A DNA stretch of 16,043 nt from Myxococcota bacterium (GCA_041288095.1 JBGGMJ010000186.1:1-16043); one strand, 5' to 3'; positions 1-7,502 are shown, counted from the stretch's first letter. A program made the numbers and translations. Notes: generated by a model from the letters alone, not told the origin.

Positions 1-1175
1 ACTTCATGAACGAGGTGCCGTTCAAGGACGTCTACATCCACGCCCTGGTTCGCGACGAGCATGGCAACAGGATGTCGAAGTCGAAGGGCAACGTCGTCGA
101 CCCCTTGAAGGTCATCGACGAGCACGGCACCGACGCGCTGCGTTTCACCCTGACCGCTTTGGCGTTGCAAGGCCGCGACATCCGCTTGTCCGCGGACCGC
201 ATCAGCGGCTACCGCGCCTTCGTCAACAAGATCTGGAACGCCTCGCGCTTCGCCTTGATGCGGGTCGGCGGCAACGTTGCGCCGCTCGCACAAGTGCAGG
301 CGTCGCTCGAAGAGCCGGACCGCTGGATCTTGTCGCGGCTCGCCAACGCCGTCACCGACGTGCGCGCCCATCTCGACGCCTATAAGTTCGCCGAGGCCGC
401 GAACGCCATGTACGTCTTCATGTGGGACGAGCTCTGCGACTGGTACATCGAGCTGGTCAAGGCACGGCTCATGAACGACGACCCCAAGGGCGCCGAGTCG
501 AAGCGCGTTGCCGAGGCGACGCTGGTGCACGTCATCGAGACCGCGATGCGCCTCATGCATCCGGTGATGCCGTTCATCACCGAGGAGCTCTGGCAGAAGC
601 TGCCGATCACGCGGACGACCGAGTTCATCGGCCAGCAAAAATACCCGGGCGAAGAGCTCTCGACGCTGCGCAATCCGGCTCTCGAGAATTCCTACACCCT
701 GGTGCAGAGCGGCATCAGCGCCATCCGCACCATCCGCGCCGAGAAAAATCTCGGGCCGACGCGGCCCATCGATGCCATCATCGTGGCCGCAACCGCTACC
801 GATAGAAAGCTCCTCGAGGAGCAGCGCGCGTCGATCATCGCCCTCGCGCGGCTACAGAAGCTCGACATCGTGCAAACCCGCGGCAATGCGCCCGAGCAAG
901 CGGCGACCAAGGTCACCGACAGACTCGAGGTCATCGTGCCGATGGCGGATCTGCTGGATTATGCCGCTGAAGCGGACAAGCTCCGCCGTCAGATCGTCAA
1001 GACCGAGCAAGAGCGCGAGAAGCTGACCACCAAGCTGGGCAACGAGGCCTTCGTGGCGCGGGCGCCGGCGGAGGTCGTGGCGCGTGAGCGGGCCCGCGTC
1101 GACGAGCTGGCGCAGATGCTCGTGACCTTGCGCGATGGCTTGAAGCGCGCCGAGGCCGCGGTCGCGGCGAAATGA
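1..1175 (+). CDS. valS: Valine--tRNA ligase, C-terminal part (5'-truncated by the window edge)
   Basis: Frame is open from the window start. PFKDVYIHALVRD..G.RMSKSKGNVVDP (KMSKS-type motif), GTDALRF, FVNKIWNASRF, CDWYIELVK and LMHPVMPFITEELWQ (anticodon-binding domain). The C-terminal coiled coil KLGNEAFVARAPAEVV..ER is typical of ValRS. Confidence 0.97.
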   Translation, partial: FMNEVPFKDVYIHALVRDEHGNRMSKSKGNVVDPLKVIDEHGTDALRFTLTALALQGRDIRLSADRISGYRAFVNKIWNASRFALMRVGGNVAPLAQVQASLEEPDRWILSRLANAVTDVRAHLDAYKFAEAANAMYVFMWDELCDWYIELVKARLMNDDPKGAESKRVAEATLVHVIETAMRLMHPVMPFITEELWQKLPITRTTEFIGQQKYPGEELSTLRNPALENSYTLVQSGISAIRTIRAEKNLGPTRPIDAIIVAATATDRKLLEEQRASIIALARLQKLDIVQTRGNAPEQAATKVTDRLEVIVPMADLLDYAAEADKLRRQIVKTEQEREKLTTKLGNEAFVARAPAEVVARERARVDELAQMLVTLRDGLKRAEAAVAAK

Positions 1176-1720
1176 CGTCCATTGACTGGACGAAGTTCGC
1201 GCTCGACCGCCATCGGGAAGGCTCCGGTCACAGCTGGTACTCGGGCGACCGTGGTCAGCTGGTGCAGTCGGTGCACGCCGGCTGGCACAAGCGCGAACCC
1301 GGCTTCGGGCGCAGCAACCTCGACGAGGTAGTGGTGGTACCCATGGCTCCGGAGCGCTTTCACGGCACGACCGTGACAATCCGCGACGAGTTGCCGCTAA
1401 CCGCCGAGGTCGCGCGGCGCCGGCCTCACGAAGACCCGTACGTGCGCGTCACGGCCGCCACCGCGCCCGACCCCGTACGCTTCGCCGCCGTCGTGCTCTA
1501 CAGCCGCGCCCTGCTTCTTCCCGAGGAGCCCGACTTCGCCGCCGATTGGGGCATCGTCTCGATCACCGCGTCTGCTGTAGCGGATGAACCAATGCACCCG
1601 CTGACCATGGCGCGCAACATGCTCGAGAAGCCCGGCGGCACCAAGGCGGTCTACACAGCCGAGCAATTCGCCGAGGCCGTCTACTACTGGTCGCGCCGGG
1701 TCGGCGTCACTTCTTCGTAA
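1172..1720 (+). CDS. DUF3228-like protein of unknown function (182 aa)
   Basis: ATGA overlap with the valS stop. Motifs RRRPHEDPY, VVLYSR, DWGIVSI, EPMHPLTMARN..EKPGG and AVYYW match my recollection of the DUF3228 pattern (LYS, W.I.SI, PM.P.TM.RN, GG, YW). Confidence 0.75.
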   Translation: MTSIDWTKFALDRHREGSGHSWYSGDRGQLVQSVHAGWHKREPGFGRSNLDEVVVVPMAPERFHGTTVTIRDELPLTAEVARRRPHEDPYVRVTAATAPDPVRFAAVVLYSRALLLPEEPDFAADWGIVSITASAVADEPMHPLTMARNMLEKPGGTKAVYTAEQFAEAVYYWSRRVGVTSS

Positions 1721-3548
1721 GATTCGAGATGTCGGCGAGGAGGTCGTCGATCTCGGAGAGATCGATGGTGCGTCCGGTCGAGGTCTTGAGCGGTCCGCTG
1801 CTCGCCGCCTTCGGAGGCGGCGGTGGCGTCGCGGACTCGGAGCGCGCGTTGAGCACGGCATCCGCCTCGCTGAGCAGCGAGGACTGGTTGTTCGAGGATG
1901 CGCCGCCGAACGACGCGCTCGCGAGCGAGGCGGGCGAGATCGTGGACCGCATCGGTTTTTCGGTGACGGCGACCGGCACCGGACGCGATACCGGCGTAAT
2001 CCGCGCCAGTGGAACCTGCTGCGGCGGTACCGGCCATGACCCAGAGGACAGCGACGAGCGCTGCGTGTCGGAGCCCTGCGAGAGAGGCTCGGAAGCCGGA
2101 GTCATGGCATCGAGCGCCGCGTCCGAGCCGCGCTCGTCGTCGTCGGGGGTGTCCTCGAAACCGAGCGCCGCACCCTCCTCGACGACCTCGATGTCGAGGT
2201 TCGCGAGCTCGCTGGTGAGTACCTGCGTCTCGTGCTCGCCGTTGCCGTAGCGCGGAGGCGGCATCTCGGGCACGGCGGCCGCTGCCTGCTCGACGATGTT
2301 GTCGAGCAAAATCGGCGCTTCGTCGTAGCGCGGCGCCGGCTCGTCGTCCGAGGGCTCGGGTAAGACCGGCGTCGATTCCGGCTCGGGCTCGATCGGCTCG
2401 TGCAGGAACGCCAGCGGGTCGGCGATGTCATTCGACGACGGGGCCGCGAAGATGGGCGCCGGCTTGGTGGCGAACATGTCGGGCTCGGGTGCCTCGTCGT
2501 CGTCGACCTCGGGCGGCACCGGAGTCGCTTCCTCCGCGACGCGCGCGGCGATGTCCGACGCCTCGTCGACGGTCACGGCGCTCGGGACGTCGTCATCGTC
2601 GCCAGTTGTCGGCGAGCCGAGCTCGTCCGGGTGGCGCGGTACCGCGACGATGGCGTCGTGCCCGGGCGCTCCGTCGAGGGCGAGCTCTTCCTCGATAGGC
2701 ATCGGCGGCGGCACGGCGCCGATAGCGGAGGGGTCCTGCGGCAAGCCGAAGTTCGACGCCACCTGCTGGACGAGATCGAGGTCTGCGAGCCGGCGCTTCG
2801 CGAAGAACATCTCGAGCAGTACGTTATCGCAGACGGTGTTGATGAGACGGGGCACGCCGCCGGTGACGCGATGGATTTCCTGGACCACGGGAACGGGGAA
2901 GAACTGGCGCTTGGCACCGGCGATGCGCAGTCGATGATCGATGTACGCCGCCGTGTCTTCGCCGGTCAGCGGCTTGAGCTGGTAGCGCAGGGCGATGCGC
3001 TGCGCGAGCGGCGGATCGAGCTGCAGATTGCGCACGATCTCCGGCAAGCCGAAGAACACGAACGTGATCAGCTTGCGGTCGGGGACCTCGAGGTTGAGCA
3101 GCCCGCGGAACTCTTCCATGAGCTCGCGGCTGGCGAGCATCTGCGCTTCGTCGATGATGACGACGGCTCGCTTACCCGCCTGGTAGATCTGCAAGAGCCG
3201 CTGGTAGAGCTGCGACAAGATCGTGAGCTTGTCGTCGGCCGGGTCATGGACGCCCAGCTGCGACGCGATCCGCTTGAGCAGCCAGTTGGGGGTGATGCCG
3301 GCGTGCACGATCACCAGCATCGCCGCTTCGTATTCGCTCTCCGGGAGCGCATCGAGCATGCGCCGAGCCAAGGTCGTCTTACCGTGGCCGATGTCGCCGA
3401 TGAGGATAGCGAGCCCCTTCATCGAGCTCGCGGCGTACATGAGGCGGTTGAGCGCCTCGGTATGCTGACGACTCGCGAAGTAGAAGCGCGAGAGCGGAGC
3501 GTTCGAGAACGGCTCGGAGGTCAGCTGGAAGTACTCGAGGTATTCCAT
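1707..3548 (-). CDS. ExeA/GspA-family AAA ATPase with ~340-aa acidic, Pro-rich C-terminal extension (613 aa)
   Basis: N-terminus YLEYFQLTSEPFSNAP..RFYF is typical of ExeA. Walker A GDIGHGKTT, Walker B VVIIDEAQ, then FFGLPE, LAQRI, YIDHRLRIAG and TGGVPRLINTVCDNVL. Residues ~270-595 are low complexity. Confidence 0.9.
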   Translation of the reverse strand: MEYLEYFQLTSEPFSNAPLSRFYFASRQHTEALNRLMYAASSMKGLAILIGDIGHGKTTLARRMLDALPESEYEAAMLVIVHAGITPNWLLKRIASQLGVHDPADDKLTILSQLYQRLLQIYQAGKRAVVIIDEAQMLASRELMEEFRGLLNLEVPDRKLITFVFFGLPEIVRNLQLDPPLAQRIALRYQLKPLTGEDTAAYIDHRLRIAGAKRQFFPVPVVQEIHRVTGGVPRLINTVCDNVLLEMFFAKRRLADLDLVQQVASNFGLPQDPSAIGAVPPPMPIEEELALDGAPGHDAIVAVPRHPDELGSPTTGDDDDVPSAVTVDEASDIAARVAEEATPVPPEVDDDEAPEPDMFATKPAPIFAAPSSNDIADPLAFLHEPIEPEPESTPVLPEPSDDEPAPRYDEAPILLDNIVEQAAAAVPEMPPPRYGNGEHETQVLTSELANLDIEVVEEGAALGFEDTPDDDERGSDAALDAMTPASEPLSQGSDTQRSSLSSGSWPVPPQQVPLARITPVSRPVPVAVTEKPMRSTISPASLASASFGGASSNNQSSLLSEADAVLNARSESATPPPPPKAASSGPLKTSTGRTIDLSEIDDLLADISNLTKK

Positions 3549-3574
3549 GGGCCGCGTCGGACGTTACAAGCTCT

Positions 3575-4408
3575 CTACCTATAGATCCAGGCCAACAGTA
3601 CCTTGGCGATCTGGACCAACGACGCCGGTGAACAGGCCTCGATGGTGTCTGCTCGGGTGTGCCACTCCGGATAGTCCAGGTCCATGAAAAGCGCGGTGGG
3701 AATTCCCGCATCCATGAACGGCAAGTGGTCGCAGGAAATCCACTTGTAGGGGTGGCGCTTGGCCATGCTGAAGGCGGGAAGCGCCAAAGCGCGGCCAAGC
3801 TGGAACAAGCTCAAGGTCAGCTCGTACGACGGATCATGCTCCTGGCAGCTCACGTCGACGTCCAGAACGAGCTCTCGGCCCGCCACCATGTCGACCTCGA
3901 GGCAGGCGTCGGGCCGCTGGTCGTCGGCCATCGCCGTCACGAATCGGGCGGCTCCGAGAGCAACTTCTTTGCCGTCAATCTCGTGCCAATCTTCGGCATC
4001 GCAGAACAAGAGATCGACCGTTGGCCGCTGCCGCCGCTCGGCAAGCGTCGCCACGAGCTCGGCCATCAAGACCGTGCCCGAGCCGCCGTCATTGGCGCCC
4101 GGCACCGGGGCGCGCGGGTCATCGGCGTCGCGGTCGGCCCACGGACGCGTGTCGTAGTGCGTGAGGAGCAAAAGGCGACCCGGCTGGTTGCCGCGCAAGC
4201 GAGCCCAGAAGTTCACGCAGTCGACGTCCTTGCCGAAGAACAGCTCCGTGAAGCGATGCTCACGCGTCTCGTCGGCCGCCGCGAGCCAGGTGCGCAACAG
4301 GCTCTGCGCGGCCAGGTGCCCCGGGGCTCCGCAATAGCGTGCACCCAGCGCTTGCAGCGCCTCGAGACGAGCGAAGGCACCCGCGACGATGGCGTCGGGC
4401 TCACTCAC
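3575..4408 (-). CDS. M28-family Zn metalloenzyme, glutaminyl-peptide cyclotransferase-like (277 aa)
   Basis: THYDTRPWAD, PGANDGGSG, LFCDAEDW, VDMVAG, DHLPF and DYPEWHTRADT motifs. GTG start overlaps the upstream TGA (GTGA, 4405-4408). No signal peptide. Confidence 0.88.
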   Translation of the reverse strand: MSEPDAIVAGAFARLEALQALGARYCGAPGHLAAQSLLRTWLAAADETREHRFTELFFGKDVDCVNFWARLRGNQPGRLLLLTHYDTRPWADRDADDPRAPVPGANDGGSGTVLMAELVATLAERRQRPTVDLLFCDAEDWHEIDGKEVALGAARFVTAMADDQRPDACLEVDMVAGRELVLDVDVSCQEHDPSYELTLSLFQLGRALALPAFSMAKRHPYKWISCDHLPFMDAGIPTALFMDLDYPEWHTRADTIEACSPASLVQIAKVLLAWIYR

Positions 4409-5529
4409 GCGCCGGCGATCACGATGGCGTCGTCCTTGACGGTGAGCTTCACCTCTTGTTCTTGGCCGGCTCCAAAGTGTCTGTAAGCCGCCTCCTCGAG
4501 CGTCGGCACCAGCGCCATGCGCAAGCCGCGGGCGCCGAGCTCGCGTTTCAGGGCCCGCTTCACCACGAGGCTCATGACACTCTCGTCGACGGTGAGCGTC
4601 AGCCCTTCGCTCGCGAACTCGCGGGTGTACCCTTCGATGACGTTGTCGCGCAGGATATCGGCAAGCGTCCCGTCGTCGAGCGGCGCGAAGCCGACCACGC
4701 GCGTGAAGCGCCCGATGAGCTCGGGCAAGAAGCCGTACTTGGCGAACGCGGCCGTATGCTCGAGCACCTGGGCGTCGAGCTTCACCGCGATGGCCTCGGG
4801 GTCGCGCTTGTCGACGTCGCGCCCGAAGCCGATGCGCTCGTGCTCGCTCATGGCGTCAGCGGTGCTCTTGAGCCCGCTGAAGGCGCCACAAGCCACGAAG
4901 GTGAGCCCAGCGAGCGGCAAGGTCAGCTTGGGCGCGAGCTGCGCATAGCCGAAGTCAGCCGGGAACTGCGCCTCGCTGCCGGCGAGCAAGGTGAGCAATC
5001 CACGCTGGACGCCGAAGCCGCTTACGTCTTTGGTGGTGCCCTCGCCGGCGAAGCGCGCGTTGGAGCGGCTCGAGGCCAGCTTGTCGAACTCGTCGATGCA
5101 GACGACGCCGCACGCCGCCCAGCCGAGATCGCCATCGGCGGCTTCGAAGAGCCGCGCCAAGATCATCGTGACGTCCTCACCGATATAGCCGGTCTCGCTG
5201 TACTGGGTGATGTCGACGGTGACGGTCGGCACGGTGAGCACATCGCGAAACAACAGCTCGACCAGGTGGGTCTTGCCGCAGCCCGTCGGGCCGATGAACA
5301 GGTAGTTCTCTCGCGCCGCGATGTCGTTGGCCGGCAACCCCTCGAGGAAGAGGCGCTGCAAGCGGCGGACATGCCTGTATGCCATAACGGACGCAGCCCG
5401 ACGCGCGTGCGTCTGGCCGCGGTAGCCCAACGCCGTCAGACGCGCGTCGACCTCGGGCGGCTTGAGCACCGGGATGCGCGCTACGCGCTCGCGCAAGGTC
5501 GGGCGTTCGGCGGGTTTGGGGGCTGCCAT
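4405..5529 (-). CDS. ClpX-like AAA+ ATPase lacking the N-terminal zinc-binding domain (~374 aa)
   Basis: Walker A GPTGCGKT, pore-1 loop ETGYIGEDV, Walker B CIDEFDK, KDVSGFGVQRGLL, IGF loop (RIGFG), YGFLPELIGRF and sensor-II GARGLR. I placed the start at ATG 5529 rather than 5565 because the extra codons lie in a structured intergenic region. Confidence 0.88.
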   Translation of the reverse strand: MAAPKPAERPTLRERVARIPVLKPPEVDARLTALGYRGQTHARRAASVMAYRHVRRLQRLFLEGLPANDIAARENYLFIGPTGCGKTHLVELLFRDVLTVPTVTVDITQYSETGYIGEDVTMILARLFEAADGDLGWAACGVVCIDEFDKLASSRSNARFAGEGTTKDVSGFGVQRGLLTLLAGSEAQFPADFGYAQLAPKLTLPLAGLTFVACGAFSGLKSTADAMSEHERIGFGRDVDKRDPEAIAVKLDAQVLEHTAAFAKYGFLPELIGRFTRVVGFAPLDDGTLADILRDNVIEGYTREFASEGLTLTVDESVMSLVVKRALKRELGARGLRMALVPTLEEAAYRHFGAGQEQEVKLTVKDDAIVIAGA

Positions 5530-5595
5530 GCAAGCGTATTCTACCGCGCCGCAGGGGCGGCGCATCCCGACGTCGCCGCCCCGCGCTACGCTTGC
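5530..5595 (-). promoter_or_regulatory. Nested inverted repeats (extended stem-loop) containing a TAGAAT -10-like hexamer
   Basis: GCAAGCGTA (5530-5538) pairs with TACGCTTGC (5587-5595), and GGGGCGGCG (5554-5562) pairs with CGCCGCCCC (5574-5582). Minus-strand TAGAAT at 5543-5538 lies 8 nt before ATG 5529. Confidence 0.55.
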
Positions 5596-5596
5596 G

Positions 5597-6379
5597 TCAA
5601 CGGCTGATGCACCTGGTCAAAGCCTCTTGCGCCGACTTTTGCTTGGCTGCCGCCTGATCGACGTAGAGCTGGTAGCGCGAGCACGTCTTGGTATTGCCGC
5701 TGGTGCGACGCACGCACTCATCGAGCTCGTCTTGGGCCTTCTGCATGGCCTCGTCGGCCTTGGCGAGCTTGCTCTTTTCCTTCGGGCACTCGGGCAGCGT
5801 CGGCTGCGCCGGCGGCGGTTGTGCCGGGGCCGTGGCGGAGGGGCTCGGCTGTTGCGTGGTCGGCGACGCGGCCGGCGGGACGCTGGACGCGGGCGCGGTA
5901 GGTTGCGCCGGCGCGTTCTCGGCATCTTTCGGGTGCATGGCGGTGTACTCCTGCGCCTTCACCTCTTCGGCGTATGCCTTCACCGCATCCTTGGCGAAGA
6001 CCGGCGGCGTCCAGCGGACGGTCGCCATGCAGAGATGCTCTCCGGGATTGAATTGGGTGTCTTGGACCGCGGCGCTTTGCATCTTGGCGCGGGCGAAGCG
6101 CTCGAGGAAGACGCGGCCGTCTTCGACACCAACCTCTTTGGCCACCGCCTCCTGGATGTCGTCGTTGTCCTGCGTGAAGCGCAACGCGATGGCGGCCACC
6201 GAGCGGCTCACCGCCGTGTCACACGCGAGGCCTTGGTTCATGCCGGGCCCGGCGGCGCCGGCGACGTAAACCTTGGTGCCACCCTCGTCCATCACCTCGA
6301 CGTGCGTGCCCGGTTTGGTGGAACGACACGCCACCAGCCCCAACAAGCCCAAACCCAAAACCATGACGCGGAGTTGCAT
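5597..6379 (-). CDS. Hypothetical lipoprotein: possible LPP20-like N-domain, Pro/Ala/Gln linker, Cys-clamped helical hairpin (260 aa)
   Basis: Signal peptide MQLRVMVLGLGLLGLVA-C with lipobox, linker APAQPTAPASSVPPAASPTTQQPSP..., and a C-terminal helical region with four Cys. Confidence 0.8.
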   Translation of the reverse strand: MQLRVMVLGLGLLGLVACRSTKPGTHVEVMDEGGTKVYVAGAAGPGMNQGLACDTAVSRSVAAIALRFTQDNDDIQEAVAKEVGVEDGRVFLERFARAKMQSAAVQDTQFNPGEHLCMATVRWTPPVFAKDAVKAYAEEVKAQEYTAMHPKDAENAPAQPTAPASSVPPAASPTTQQPSPSATAPAQPPPAQPTLPECPKEKSKLAKADEAMQKAQDELDECVRRTSGNTKTCSRYQLYVDQAAAKQKSAQEALTRCISR

Positions 6380-6392
6380 GCACCGATCCTTT

Positions 6393-6435
6393 GTCCCTGG
6401 GACGCGGCTGTTAAGTAGCGTATTCTCCTACTTCG
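6393..6435. promoter_or_regulatory. Divergent promoter region between two lipoprotein genes
   Basis: Part of the 56-nt relatively AT-rich gap between divergent starts. Contains the palindrome GTCCC-T-GGGAC (6393-6403) and the inverted repeat AAGTAG-N9-CTACTT (6413-6433), which encloses the -10-like TATTCT (6421-6426). Confidence 0.4.
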
Positions 6436-7458
6436 ATGCGAGAGCACTCCCCCCGGTGCGTCGTTCGTGTGTCTTCCCTCCTCGTGATCGCCCTTGCCGG
6501 CTGTGGCCCCACCGGCGGCAGGCCCGTCGCGCCCGCGCCCAAGGCAGACGACGCGTCGATGCCCAAATGGGTGCGCTCGATGAAAGGCGACGACACGCAT
6601 CTCTGCGGTCTCGGCATCTCGGGCGCGGGTTTCGAGAATTCTCCCTACCCCAAGATCAACGCCCGCGAGCGCGCCGTGCAGAACCTCGCCGGCATCATCG
6701 GCACGCACGTCGAAGAAGCCATGATCGACGACGCGACCATGGCCGGTGACGACGTCCAGTACGCGCGCGTCGTGCATGTCGACGACGAGCTGGTCGCGCA
6801 AGTCGATGGCGCCGCCGAGATCGAATACTGGACCGACGACGAAGGCAAAGGCCCTTACCGCGAGAAGGGCTTCGTCTACGGCTGGGCCTGCATCCCCAAG
6901 GAAAAGGCGGCCGAGACGTTCCAGGTGTCCGCTAAAGCATTCAGCAGCAAGAAACCTCAAGAGCCAGCGGTGAGCTCGCCCGATGTCGTGCCCAAGTGGA
7001 TCGCCAAGGCGGGCAAGCGCAAGGACGGCCGCTTCTGCGCCGTCGGTTACTCGCAGCCAACTTTCCAGGCCGAGATGACCTTCGCGAACGTGGTCGAAGA
7101 CGTGCGCGCGCAGCTCGCCACCACGGTCACCAGTCTGGTCTCGAACTACTTCGAGGAGCTGACGACCATCGACGCCCAGGCCATCCAGTCGATGACCGTG
7201 TCGTCCAACCAAGCGGTCTCCAAAGGCGTCGTGGTCACGCGCTTCTGGTACGACGCCAAAGGCATCGGGCCGCAACACCGCAAGCGCAGCACCTACGGTT
7301 ACGGCTGCGCCTACCCCCTCGAGATCGTCGCAGCGAGCCTCGACAAGGCGAAGACGCTCACCAAACAAACCGTCGAGTCGGTGCGCCAGCACGCCAAGCA
7401 AGCCTTCGACGCGCTCGAGGCCGAGGAACAGAAACACGGCGTCGCGACAGCGAAGTAA
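6436..7458 (+). CDS. Lipoprotein with two tandem LPP20-like domains (340 aa; start could be slightly downstream)
   Basis: Lipobox LLVIALAG-C. Internal duplication: PKWV..LCGLG..YWTDDEGKGP..YGWACIP versus PKWI..FCAVG..FWYDAKGIGP..YGYGCAYP. The P.W / G.G / A...A...LA pattern resembles LPP20-type domains. Confidence 0.78.
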   Translation: MREHSPRCVVRVSSLLVIALAGCGPTGGRPVAPAPKADDASMPKWVRSMKGDDTHLCGLGISGAGFENSPYPKINARERAVQNLAGIIGTHVEEAMIDDATMAGDDVQYARVVHVDDELVAQVDGAAEIEYWTDDEGKGPYREKGFVYGWACIPKEKAAETFQVSAKAFSSKKPQEPAVSSPDVVPKWIAKAGKRKDGRFCAVGYSQPTFQAEMTFANVVEDVRAQLATTVTSLVSNYFEELTTIDAQAIQSMTVSSNQAVSKGVVVTRFWYDAKGIGPQHRKRSTYGYGCAYPLEIVAASLDKAKTLTKQTVESVRQHAKQAFDALEAEEQKHGVATAK

Positions 7459-7464
7459 CCCCGA

Positions 7465-7502
7465 TTGACTTGGGTCGCCTCGGGCGCGAGCATGCCGCCC
7501 GA
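7465..7502 (+). promoter_or_regulatory. Candidate sigma70-type promoter overlapped by a 7-bp inverted repeat
   Basis: TTGACT (7465-7470), 17-nt spacer, weak -10 GAGCAT (7488-7493). TCGGGCG (7480-7486) pairs with CGCCCGA (7496-7502), ending immediately before ATG 7503. Confidence 0.3.

Noticed and set aside
69..83. RMSKS instead of KMSKS in ValRS
   Set aside because: It is a conservative change at the first position, and the catalytically important second Lys is retained.
2740..3548. ExeA ATPase as a transposon helper (TniB/TnsC-like) or as a marker of a type II secretion locus
   Set aside because: No transposase, integrase, terminal repeats or gsp genes are present in the window.
5790..5920. 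PAQP-type repeats as a DNA repeat or array
   Set aside because: This is a degenerate low-complexity protein linker with no regular nucleotide periodicity.
6996..7502. Long N-terminal extension of the methyltransferase ORF
   Set aside because: It is mostly an off-frame overlap with the lipoprotein gene, Arg-rich and without motifs.
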